Shown here one piece after another: positions 31,936-40,823 of a stretch of 64,000 nt of DNA. This DNA comes from an uncultured Gemmatimonadaceae bacterium (GTDB lineage Bacteria; Gemmatimonadota; Gemmatimonadetes; Gemmatimonadales; Gemmatimonadaceae): NCBI GenBank assembly GCA_963843845.1, contig CAWJMB010000002.1, forward strand, positions 3,040,001 to 3,104,000, given 5' to 3'. Below the pieces are notes generated by a model. That model was not told the origin of the DNA, made no database searches, and was given only the letters and a program-made list of their open reading frames with translations. How positions within the stretch are numbered: the stretch's first letter is position 1; each line of letters opens with the position of its first letter. The position numbers and the translations under genes were made by a program.

Positions 31936-34900
31936 ATGCGACCCTTCCCTCTGCTCACCCTGGCCGCGGCGCTCGCGCTGAGCGCCGCCGCCCTCCCGCG
32001 CACCGCGTCGACCCAATCGACACCCGTGCAGCGCACCCCGCCCGTCGACCCGGCGATGTTCGCGGCGCTCCGCTACCGCATGATCGGCCCGGCGCGCGGC
32101 GGCCGTGTCACCGCCGTCACCGGCGTGCCGAGCCAGCCGTTCACGTTCTACATGGGCGCGACCGGCGGGGGCGTGTGGAAGACCGACGATGCCGGCGCGA
32201 ACTGGCGCAACGTCTCCGACCGCTTCTTCGGCGAGGGCTCGATCGGCGCGATCGACGTCGCGGCGAGCGACCCGAACGTCGTCTACGTCGGCACCGGATC
32301 GGACGGCATGCGCAGCAACGTGTCGACGGGTCGTGGCGTGTACCGCTCCGGCGACGCGGGGCGGACGTGGACGTTCGTCGGCCTCCGCGACGCCGGGCTG
32401 ATCGGCGCGATCCGCGTCGACCCGCGCGATGCGAACGTGGCGTACGTGGCGGCGATCGGGAACGCATTCAAGCCGAACCCCGAGCGCGGCGTCTACCGCA
32501 CGCGCGACGGCGGCAAGACGTGGCAGCGGGTGCTGTTCGTCTCCGACAGCACCGGCGCGGTCGACGTCGAGCTGCAGCCGGGAAGCCCGAACGTGCTCTA
32601 CGCGTCGATGTGGCGCGGCGAGCGGAAGCCGTGGACGATCATCAGCGGCGCGCGCGAAGGCGGCATCTACAAGAGCACCGACGGCGGCACGACGTGGGCG
32701 AAGCTCGGCGGGGGGCTGCCGAACGGGTTGTTCGGCAAGAGCAACCTCGCCGTCACCGCGGCGAACCCGAACCGGGTGTACGCGCTGATCGAGGCGAAGC
32801 CGGGAAGCGGGCTCTATCGCTCGGAGGACGCCGGCGCGACGTGGGCCCTCGTCACCGCGCAGGGCTCGCTCATCACGCGACCGTTCTACTACACGACGCT
32901 CGCCGCCGACCCGACGAACGCCGACGTCGTCTACGCCGGCGCCGAAGGGTTCTTCAAGTCGACCGACGGCGGCCGCACGTTCCGCTCGATGCCGACGCCG
33001 CACGGCGACAATCACGACCTGTGGGTCAGCCCGCGCGACGGCAACGTCATGATCCAGTCGAACGATGGCGGCGCGGCGGTCTCGCTGAACGGCGGCCGCA
33101 CGTGGAGCACGCTGTACAACCAGCCCACCGCCGAGATCTACAACGTCGCGGTCGACTCGCAGTGGCCGTACCGCGTCTACGGCGCACAGCAGGACCAGGG
33201 CGGCACGCTGATCGTGCCGTCGCTCCCGGTGACCGCCGGCGCGATCGACGACCCGATCCAGAGCTGGCGACAGGGGCCTGGCTGCGAGACGGGTCCCGTG
33301 ATGCCGCACCCGACGAACCCGGACACGGTCTACGGCTCGTGCAAGGGACAGTTCAGTCGCACGTCGCTGCGCACCGGAGTGGAACAACAGTACTGGGTCG
33401 GCGGACAGTCGTTGTATGGCATGCCGAACAAGGATCTGGTCTATCGCTTCCAGCGCGTCTCGCCGATGGCGACGAGCCCGCACGACAGTCGCATCGTCTA
33501 CTACGGCTCACAGTACCTGCACCGCTCGCTCGACGGCGGACAGTCGTGGACCCGCATGTCCCCCGATCTCACGGCCAACGACCCGCGCTACCGCAACACC
33601 ATCTCCGGCGAGCCGATCACGATCGACGTGACGGGCGAGGAGATGTACGCGACGCTCTACGCGATCGCGGAGTCGAAGGTCGCGAAAGGCGTGATCTGGA
33701 CGGGCGCGAACGACGGCCCCGTCTACGTCACGCGCGACAACGGCGCGACGTGGACGAACGTCACCCCGCCCACCCTCCCGCCGGGCGGTCGCGTGCAGAC
33801 CGTCGAGCCGTCGCCGCACCGCGCCGGCGGGGCGTACGTGTCGGTGCTCCGCTATCAGCTCGGCGACTTCAAGCCCTACATCTACGCGACGAACGACTAC
33901 GGCAAGTCGTGGCGACTGTTGACGCCCGGCGACAACGGCGTGCCGGACGACAGCCCCACGCGCGTCGTGCGCGAGGACCCGTCGCGCGCCGGGCTGCTCT
34001 ATGCCGGCACCGAGTACGGCACGTTCGTGTCGTTCGACGACGGGCGCCGCTGGCAGTCGTTCCGGCAGAACATGCCCGCCGTGCCGGTGACCGATTTCGT
34101 GATTCACCGCAACGACCTCGTCGTCGCGACGCAGGGGCGCGCGTTCTGGATCCTCGACGATCTCACGCCGCTGCACGCGCTCGCCGACTCGGTGCAGCGC
34201 ACGCGCATCGCCGCGGCGCCGGCTCACCTGTTCGCGCCGCGTGAGGCGGTCCGGCTTCGTTACCGCGCCTCGTTCGGCGGCGAGGAGTCCGACCGCGCGA
34301 GCGCCGTCGACCCGCAGTATCCGCCCGTCGGCGCGATGATCGACTACGTGGTGTCGCAGGCGCCGGAGGGGGTACTCTCGCTCGAGATCCTCGACTCCGC
34401 GGGCACCGTGCTGCGCCGAGTGACGAGCGGCGCTGCGCCGGCGCCGGCCGCCGGGGGCGGCCGCTTCGGCGGACGCGCCGAGTCGCTCGACGCGAGTCCG
34501 GGGATGCATCGCTACGTCTGGGATTACACAGTCGCCGGGAGCACCATCGCAGGAACGACGACGATGAACCAGGCGCCGATCCCGGGCGGCGGCCCAGCCG
34601 TGCCGCCTGGCCGCTTCACCGTTCGCCTCACCCTGCGCGGCGCCGGAACGAGCGCGTCGCAGTGGACGATGACGCAGCCGCTCGTCGTGAAGATCGATCC
34701 GCGGCTCGCGCGCGACGGCATCACGACTGCCGTGCTGCGCGAGCAGTTCGCGCACAACCAGCGCGTGCGCGCGCTCGTCGCCGAGACCAACGCCCTCGTC
34801 GAACGGGTGCGGAGCGAGCGTGCCCGCCTCGCCGCCGGCGGCGCGTCCGACACGCTCACCGGCGTGCAGGCGCTCGAGTCCCTCCTCGTCACACCGCCCG

Positions 34901-35070
34901 TGCGCTACAGCCGTCCGGGCCTGCAAGCGCAGGTGCAGTACCTCGCCGGGCTCACGTCGCAGGCTGACCAGAAGATCGGACGCGACGCGGTCGAGCGGTA
35001 CCAGCAGTTGCGCAGGGAGGTCGACGCCGCGCAGGCCGAGGCGCGGCGCTGGATCGGCGCGGCGCGGTGA
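31936..35070 (+). CDS. Secreted BNR/Asp-box (VPS10/sortilin, GH74-like) beta-propeller protein
   Basis: Signal peptide; RMIGPARGGRV; many SxDxGxTW Asp-boxes (KTDDAGANW, RSGDAGRTW, KSTDGGTTW…); HGDNHDLW. Confidence 0.88.
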   Translation: MRPFPLLTLAAALALSAAALPRTASTQSTPVQRTPPVDPAMFAALRYRMIGPARGGRVTAVTGVPSQPFTFYMGATGGGVWKTDDAGANWRNVSDRFFGEGSIGAIDVAASDPNVVYVGTGSDGMRSNVSTGRGVYRSGDAGRTWTFVGLRDAGLIGAIRVDPRDANVAYVAAIGNAFKPNPERGVYRTRDGGKTWQRVLFVSDSTGAVDVELQPGSPNVLYASMWRGERKPWTIISGAREGGIYKSTDGGTTWAKLGGGLPNGLFGKSNLAVTAANPNRVYALIEAKPGSGLYRSEDAGATWALVTAQGSLITRPFYYTTLAADPTNADVVYAGAEGFFKSTDGGRTFRSMPTPHGDNHDLWVSPRDGNVMIQSNDGGAAVSLNGGRTWSTLYNQPTAEIYNVAVDSQWPYRVYGAQQDQGGTLIVPSLPVTAGAIDDPIQSWRQGPGCETGPVMPHPTNPDTVYGSCKGQFSRTSLRTGVEQQYWVGGQSLYGMPNKDLVYRFQRVSPMATSPHDSRIVYYGSQYLHRSLDGGQSWTRMSPDLTANDPRYRNTISGEPITIDVTGEEMYATLYAIAESKVAKGVIWTGANDGPVYVTRDNGATWTNVTPPTLPPGGRVQTVEPSPHRAGGAYVSVLRYQLGDFKPYIYATNDYGKSWRLLTPGDNGVPDDSPTRVVREDPSRAGLLYAGTEYGTFVSFDDGRRWQSFRQNMPAVPVTDFVIHRNDLVVATQGRAFWILDDLTPLHALADSVQRTRIAAAPAHLFAPREAVRLRYRASFGGEESDRASAVDPQYPPVGAMIDYVVSQAPEGVLSLEILDSAGTVLRRVTSGAAPAPAAGGGRFGGRAESLDASPGMHRYVWDYTVAGSTIAGTTTMNQAPIPGGGPAVPPGRFTVRLTLRGAGTSASQWTMTQPLVVKIDPRLARDGITTAVLREQFAHNQRVRALVAETNALVERVRSERARLAAGGASDTLTGVQALESLLVTPPVRYSRPGLQAQVQYLAGLTSQADQKIGRDAVERYQQLRREVDAAQAEARRWIGAAR

Positions 35071-37097
35071 CGGCGGTGCGGGCGCCGGCGCAACGCCGGC
35101 GCCTGCTCACCGGGATCGCGCTCGCCCTCCCCTGGGCGAGTCTCGCCCTCGCCGAAGGCGCGCTGCGCATGGCGGACGTCGGGCACACGGACCCGCTGTT
35201 CGTTCCCTACGCCGACGACCGGCGCTTTCTGATGACGAACGATTCCGTGGGGCGGCGCTGGTTCCGCGGCGCCTTCGTCCCGTCGACGCACCTCGATTTC
35301 TTCCGCGCGACGCGAGGGCCGCGCACGCTGCGCCTCGTGTTTCAGGGCGAGTCGTCGGGCGCCGGGTTTCCGTACGGCCACGGCGGCGCGCCCTCGCGGA
35401 TGCTGGAGGCGCGCCTGCAGGCGACCTTTCCCGACCGCGACGTCGAGGTCGTGAACACGGCGCTCACCGCGGTGAGCTCGTACGTGCTCCTCGACCAGGC
35501 CGACGAGATCGTGGCGCAGCGCCCCGACGCGGTGCTCATCTACGCCGGGCACAACGAGTACTACGGTGTGTTCGGCGCGGCGTCGACGCGCGCCCTCGGC
35601 GGCTCGCGCGGCGTCGTGCGGGCGTACCTCACGCTGCGGCGGCTCCGGATCGTGCAGCTCGTGGAGCGGCTCGTCTCGCCGCGCGGCGCGCGGACGGATC
35701 CGGGGACGCCGACCGCGGCGAGCAGCGTCATGGAGCTGATGGCCGGCGAGCAGCTCGTGCCGCTCGGCTCCGACCGCTATCGCGCGGGGCTCGCGCAGTT
35801 CCGGGCGAATCTCGATGCGCTCCTCGCACGATACCGGGCGGCACGCATCCCGGTCTTCGTCGGCACGCTCGTGAGCAACGAGCGCGACCAGCCGCCGTTC
35901 GTCTCGGTGTTCGCGCCCGGCGTGGACAGCGTCGCGTGGCGCCGGGAGTACGCGGCCGGCGTCGCGGCGCTCGCGCACGGCGACGTCGCGACGGCCGAAC
36001 GGTCGCTCGGCGCGGCGTGGCGACTCGACAGCACTGTGGCCGACGGACTGTTCGCGCTGGGCAGGGTGCGCGAGGCACGCGGCGACAGCGCCCGCGCGCG
36101 CCTCGCGTATCGCGCGGCGAAAGAGCGCGACGCGCTGCGCTTCCGCGCCCCCGACGCGATGAACGCGATCGTCCGCGACGTCGCCGCGCGACGCGGCGCG
36201 ACGGTTGTCGAGACCGAGCGCGCGGTCGAGCGCGCGTCGCCGCTCGGCACGCCGGGGCGGACGCTCATTCTCGAGCACCTGCACCCGAACCTCGACGGCT
36301 ACTTCGTCGTCGCGGACGCGTTCTACGAGGCGCTGCGGGCGCGCGGCGCGTTCGGCACCTGGCCGGCGCCGGTCGGCGCCGACGTCGCGCGCCGCCTCGT
36401 GCCGACGACGCCCCTCGACTCGCTCGCGGCGATCATGCGCACCGACCGCCTCACCGCCGCCTGGCCGTTCCGGCCGCGCGGCACGAGCATCCCGTCGCTC
36501 GCCGACACGCTGCGCCCACGGACACTTCTCGACTCGCTCGCGCAGCGCCTCGTCGACGGCCGCGTCTCGTGGGCCGAGGCGACGGACCGTCTCCGCGCGC
36601 AGCGCGAGGCCGCCGGCGACGTCGACGGAGCGCTGCGCGCGTCGTACGCGCTCGCCGCGGAGTACCGGTACTCGGCCCAGCCGTACCTCGACGCGGCGCG
36701 CGTCGCGGCGGCGCACGGACGCGTTGGAGAGGCGCTGCGCGCCGCCCGGCTCGCGAACGCGCGGCGCGAGACGGCGGCGAGCGCCGCGCAGGTCGGCCTG
36801 CTCGCCCTGCGCGCCGGCGACTCCTCGGCAGTGCGCGACCTGGAGCGTGCCGCGGCACTCGCGCCAGGCGACGATGTCGCGCGCCGCGCGCTCGCCGCCG
36901 CGCGGATGCTGCCCTACCTCATGAGTGCCCGCGCCCGCGCGCCGCGCGACACGTCGCTGCTCTACAAGCTCGCTGCTGCGTACGCGCTCACGTCGCAGCC
37001 CGATTCGGCGCGGGCCGCGCTCCGCGCGCTGCTGGCGGTCGCACCGCGCCACGAGGCAGGGCGCGCGCTGCTCGCGCAGATCCCGCCGGGCGGCTGA
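35067..37097 (+). CDS. Membrane-anchored SGNH/GDSL hydrolase-like protein with TPR-like repeats
   Basis: N-terminal TM; QGESSGAGFPY (block I), YAGHNEYY (block III), LEHLHPN (block V); Ala-rich TPR-like helices; GTGA overlap with upstream gene. Confidence 0.8.
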   Translation: MTAVRAPAQRRRLLTGIALALPWASLALAEGALRMADVGHTDPLFVPYADDRRFLMTNDSVGRRWFRGAFVPSTHLDFFRATRGPRTLRLVFQGESSGAGFPYGHGGAPSRMLEARLQATFPDRDVEVVNTALTAVSSYVLLDQADEIVAQRPDAVLIYAGHNEYYGVFGAASTRALGGSRGVVRAYLTLRRLRIVQLVERLVSPRGARTDPGTPTAASSVMELMAGEQLVPLGSDRYRAGLAQFRANLDALLARYRAARIPVFVGTLVSNERDQPPFVSVFAPGVDSVAWRREYAAGVAALAHGDVATAERSLGAAWRLDSTVADGLFALGRVREARGDSARARLAYRAAKERDALRFRAPDAMNAIVRDVAARRGATVVETERAVERASPLGTPGRTLILEHLHPNLDGYFVVADAFYEALRARGAFGTWPAPVGADVARRLVPTTPLDSLAAIMRTDRLTAAWPFRPRGTSIPSLADTLRPRTLLDSLAQRLVDGRVSWAEATDRLRAQREAAGDVDGALRASYALAAEYRYSAQPYLDAARVAAAHGRVGEALRAARLANARRETAASAAQVGLLALRAGDSSAVRDLERAAALAPGDDVARRALAAARMLPYLMSARARAPRDTSLLYKLAAAYALTSQPDSARAALRALLAVAPRHEAGRALLAQIPPGG

Positions 37098-37119
37098 GCG
37101 CGCGGGCGGTGCACCGATC

Positions 37120-38976
37120 GTGAGCGCGACGCGCTACGTCCTCGGCCTCTCCGCGTTCTACCACGACGCCGCCGCCTGCCTCGTCGCCGACGGCGCGATC
37201 GTCGCCGCCGCGCAGGAAGAGCGCTTCACGCGCGTCAAAGGGGACGCGGCGTTCCCCGCGCACGCCGCGGCGTACTGCCTTCGGCATGCCGGCGTCACGG
37301 TCGACGACCTGGCGTGCGTCGCGTTCTACGACAAGCCGCTCCTCAAGTTCGAGCGTATCCTCGAGACGTACCTCGCGATGGCGCCGCGCGGCTTTCGCAG
37401 CTTTCGCGCGGCCGGACCGTTGTGGGCGAAGGAGAAGCTGTTCACCGACCGCGACGTGCGCCTCGCGTTAGGCACACTCGGCGGCGGCGCCCGCGCCGGA
37501 CGCGGCACGCCCTACGACGGCGACGTGCTCTACGCCGAGCATCACGAGTCGCACGCGGCGAGCGCCTTCTTCCCGTCGCCCTTCGAGCGCGCCGCGGTCC
37601 TCACCGTCGACGGTGTGGGCGAGTGGGCGACGGCGTCGATCGCCCGCGGCGACGGCACGGACCTCGAGATCCTCGCCGAGCTGCGGTGGCCCGATTCGCT
37701 CGGGCTGCTCTACTCGGCATTCACTGCCTACACGGGCTTCCGCGTCAACTCGGGCGAGTACAAGGTGATGGGGCTCGCTCCGTACGGAACGCCGCGCTAT
37801 GTGCGGACGATCCTCGACCACCTGATCGATCTGCGCGACGACGGATCGTTCACGCTCGACCAGCGCTATTTCGACTACCGCGGCGGGCTGCGCATGACGT
37901 CCGATGCGTTCCACGCGCTGTTCGGCGGACCGCCGCGCGCGCCCGAGAGCGCGCTCACGCAGCGCGACATGGACCTCGCGCGCTCGGTGCAGGATGTCTG
38001 CGAGGAGGTGATGTTACGGCTCGCGCGCACGGCACACCGCGAGACGGGGCTCGACGCACTCTGCCTGGCCGGCGGCGTCGCGCTGAACTGTGTCGCCAAC
38101 GGGCGCATTCTGCGCGAGGGGCCGTTCCGCGCGCTCTGGGTCCAGCCCGCGGCAGGCGACGCGGGCGGGGCGTTGGGCGCGGCCACGCTCGCGTGGCACC
38201 GCGCCCTCGGAGGCGCGCGCGGACGACCGATGCACCGCAGCGGTGCGGACGCGGCCACCCCGCGCGGCGCCGGCGCCGACGACGGTGGTGCGCACGACGC
38301 GATGGGCGGTGCGTACCTCGGACCGTCGTACGACGACGCCGAGATCGCGGCGGCGCTCGACGCATTCGGCGCCGTGTACGAGCGTGTCGCGCCCGAGGAG
38401 CTGCCGGCGCGTGGCGCGGCGCTCCTCGCCGCGGGCGGTGTGGTCGGCTGGTTCAGCGGCCGGATGGAGTTCGGCCCGCGGTCGCTCGGCGCGCGCAGCA
38501 TTCTCGCCGATCCCCGCGACCCGCGGATGCAGTCGACGATCAACATGCGCGTCAAGGGGCGCGAAGGATTCCGGCCGTTCGCGCCGAGCGTGTTACGCGA
38601 GCACGCGCACGCGTGGTTCGAGCTGGACGTCGACTCGCCCTACATGATGCTCGTCGCGCCGGTCGCCGCGGCGCACCGGTCGGACGTCCCCGCCGTCACG
38701 CACGTCGACGGTTCGGCCCGCGTGCAGACGGTCGACGCCGCGGCGCATCCCGCGTTTCACGCGCTGCTCACCGCGTTCCACGCGCGCACCGGCTGCCCGA
38801 TCCTCGTGAACACGAGCTTCAACGTGCGCGGCGAGCCGATCGTCTGCACGCCGGCGGACGCGTACCGCTGCTTCATGCAGACCGGGCTCGATCACCTCGT
38901 GATCGGCCCGTACGTGCTCGCGAAGTCGCGTCAGCCGGCGTGGACGGCGCCGGTCGTCCCGCCGCCGCTCGACTGA
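37120..38976 (+). CDS. O-carbamoyltransferase (NodU/CmcH/SxtI family)
   Basis: LGLSAFYHDAAA, QEERFTRVK, HHESHAASAF, TVDGVGE, GEYKVMGLAPYG, AGGVALN, EFGPRSLG, HVDGSARVQTV, NTSFN. Confidence 0.95.
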   Translation: MSATRYVLGLSAFYHDAAACLVADGAIVAAAQEERFTRVKGDAAFPAHAAAYCLRHAGVTVDDLACVAFYDKPLLKFERILETYLAMAPRGFRSFRAAGPLWAKEKLFTDRDVRLALGTLGGGARAGRGTPYDGDVLYAEHHESHAASAFFPSPFERAAVLTVDGVGEWATASIARGDGTDLEILAELRWPDSLGLLYSAFTAYTGFRVNSGEYKVMGLAPYGTPRYVRTILDHLIDLRDDGSFTLDQRYFDYRGGLRMTSDAFHALFGGPPRAPESALTQRDMDLARSVQDVCEEVMLRLARTAHRETGLDALCLAGGVALNCVANGRILREGPFRALWVQPAAGDAGGALGAATLAWHRALGGARGRPMHRSGADAATPRGAGADDGGAHDAMGGAYLGPSYDDAEIAAALDAFGAVYERVAPEELPARGAALLAAGGVVGWFSGRMEFGPRSLGARSILADPRDPRMQSTINMRVKGREGFRPFAPSVLREHAHAWFELDVDSPYMMLVAPVAAAHRSDVPAVTHVDGSARVQTVDAAAHPAFHALLTAFHARTGCPILVNTSFNVRGEPIVCTPADAYRCFMQTGLDHLVIGPYVLAKSRQPAWTAPVVPPPLD

Positions 38977-38979
38977 GCG

Positions 38980-39375
38980 ATGGTGCCCCCGACGGCTCCC
39001 GCGACGCCGCGCGCGATGCGGCACTTCGGCCTGACGTCAGGCACCGCGTTCCTCGCGCTCGCGGCGCTCGGCGCGTGGCGCGGGCGCGGCATCGTGGCCG
39101 CGGTGGCCGGCGCGTTCGGCACGCTCCTGCTCGCGGCGGCAGCGATCGCGCCGATGCGGCTCGCGGCCGTGGAGCGACGGTGGATGGTGCTGGCGCACGC
39201 GATGTCGCGCGTGACGACGCCCCTGTTCATGGGCGTCGTCTACTTCGGCGTCGTCACGCCGCTCGGCCTCGCGCTCCGCGTCGTGCGGCGCCGTGATCGA
39301 GCGCGCGACGCGGGCACGTTCCTCGTGCGCCGCGCGCCGGGCACGCGGCGCAGCGACCTGCGGCGTCAGTTCTGA
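38980..39375 (+). CDS. SxtJ-family membrane protein
   Basis: RHFG…TM…RWMVLAHAMSRVTTPLFMGVVYFGVVTPLGL…DLRRQF; directly after the carbamoyltransferase. Confidence 0.8.
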   Translation: MVPPTAPATPRAMRHFGLTSGTAFLALAALGAWRGRGIVAAVAGAFGTLLLAAAAIAPMRLAAVERRWMVLAHAMSRVTTPLFMGVVYFGVVTPLGLALRVVRRRDRARDAGTFLVRRAPGTRRSDLRRQF

Positions 39376-39428
39376 CCCGCGCCGTTCACGGCACGCGCGC
39401 CACCGGGATCCGCGGGCGGCTCGACCGT

Positions 39429-39508
39429 TCGACAGAAGGAACGGAAGGAACGGAAGAAGGACCAATCGATCGTCGGTTCTCTTCTGTTCCTTCTGTTCCT
39501 TCTGTCGA
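39429..39508. terminator. 29-bp inverted repeat built from 9-bp tandem units, between convergent operons
   Basis: Left arm tcgacagaaggaacggaaggaacggaaga vs right arm 39480-39508; the only two differences are G-U pairs in the + strand RNA. Confidence 0.75.
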
Positions 39509-39538
39509 CACACCGCGACGAGCAGAGCGCGTCGGTGA

Positions 39539-40642
39539 CTACGGCGTCGGCCGCTGTTGCGGCGTGGAGCTCGGCGCGCTCGCGACGCCGACCGTCGGCC
39601 AGCCGTTCTGGTAGGTGATGCGATCGAGCAGCATCGGCCGGCGCGAGATCGCCGTATTCCCGGGAATGAGGTACGGATTCGTCGCGCTGATCGCGTGGTA
39701 GAGCATCCACTCCGCGCCGGCCGCGTCGCGCACCACGGCATTGTGGCCGGGCGCGAGCCACGGGCCGCCCGCGCGGAGGATCGGCTGCGCCGCGCCGCCG
39801 CTCGACAGCACCTCGAACGGCCCCGTCGGCGACGACGCGCGCGCGACCATGACCGCGTAGTGCGCGCCGGCGCCGCAGCAGCCGTTCCCGGAGAAGTACA
39901 GGTAGTAGTACGGCGCGGTGTACGTCACCCACGGCCCCTCGATCAGCCCCGTGTCGTACGCGCTCGGGTCGTTGCCGCCGCGCACCGCGACGACGGCCTT
40001 CGGCGTGCTCCCGACGACGAACGTCTGGCGGTCCGCCGCGAGCTCCTGCACGAGCAGCGGCGAGCCGGCCGAGCCCCAGTACAGATAGCGCCGCCCCGTC
40101 TGCGGATCGTCGAACGCCATCGGGTCGATCGTCGTGAAGCTCGGCCCGCAGCGCACCGGCCGGCCGACATCGACGAACGGTCCGGCCGCCGTCGCGGCCG
40201 TCGCCATGCCGATGCAGAAGCCGTCGTCGGGGCTCGTGCGCTTCGACGCGTCGATCTGCGCCGAGAAGTACATGACGAAGCGGCCGTCGCGCTCCAGCAC
40301 GTCGGGGGCCCAGAAGTTCTGCGACTCGCTCGCCCACGTCGGGCGGGTCGGCATCGCCTCGCCGAGCCGCGTCCACGTCACGAGGTCGCGCGAGCGGGCG
40401 ACCTGCACCATGACGCCGGTCGTCTGCGTCGCGTAGGCGTAGTAGTTCCCGTCGCTCGCGCGGACCACCGCCGGGTCGGGGAAGTCGGCATCGAGCACCG
40501 GGTTCACGTACTGCTGCGCCGTCGGCGTGACCGGCGTGGGCGGCTGCGTGACGGTGCCGCCGCCGCCGCCGTCGCCCCCGCCCCCGCACGCGGCGAGAAC
40601 GATCCAGAAGGCGGCGAGTGCGCGCGTCGAGGTCTGCTGCAT
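39539..40642 (-). CDS. GH43 glycoside hydrolase, lipoprotein
   Basis: Lipobox VLAA|C; DFPDP (base), WAPD, TIDP (pKa modulator), IEGP (acid), APGH. Confidence 0.92.
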   Translation of the reverse strand: MQQTSTRALAAFWIVLAACGGGGDGGGGGTVTQPPTPVTPTAQQYVNPVLDADFPDPAVVRASDGNYYAYATQTTGVMVQVARSRDLVTWTRLGEAMPTRPTWASESQNFWAPDVLERDGRFVMYFSAQIDASKRTSPDDGFCIGMATAATAAGPFVDVGRPVRCGPSFTTIDPMAFDDPQTGRRYLYWGSAGSPLLVQELAADRQTFVVGSTPKAVVAVRGGNDPSAYDTGLIEGPWVTYTAPYYYLYFSGNGCCGAGAHYAVMVARASSPTGPFEVLSSGGAAQPILRAGGPWLAPGHNAVVRDAAGAEWMLYHAISATNPYLIPGNTAISRRPMLLDRITYQNGWPTVGVASAPSSTPQQRPTP

Positions 40643-40659
40643 CGGACGACGGGGTGAGG

Positions 40660-40821
40660 CTAGAAGACGGTGTAGATGAAGGGCGCGAGCGCCGAGCCCT
40701 GGGCGAGCGTGACGAGCATCCCGACCGCGACGAGCACGAGCACGAGCGGCAGGAGCCAGAGCTTCTTGCGGGCACGCATGAACGCCCACAGCTCGCCCAG
40801 CAGCGTGGGGCGTGCCGTCAC
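40660..40821 (-). CDS. DUF5989/SxtK-like small membrane protein (53 aa)
   Basis: ELWAFMRARKKLWLLPLVLVLVAVGMLVTLAQGSALAPFIYTVF, with the family hallmarks RKKxWLxP and APFIYTxF. Confidence 0.88.
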   Translation of the reverse strand: MTARPTLLGELWAFMRARKKLWLLPLVLVLVAVGMLVTLAQGSALAPFIYTVF

Positions 40822-40823
40822 GC

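Noticed and set aside
30925..35070. Apparent giant fusions in the ORF track (1381 aa here; also 50454-54761, 44591-47206, 40824-44285, 7189-9843)
   Set aside because: Produced by stop-poor shadow frames or indels joining separate genes; internal starts and signal peptides mark the true boundaries
37120..40821. Saxitoxin biosynthesis cluster
   Set aside because: Only SxtI/J/K-like genes are present; no sxtA, sxtG or other core genes, and this cassette is widespread in non-producers
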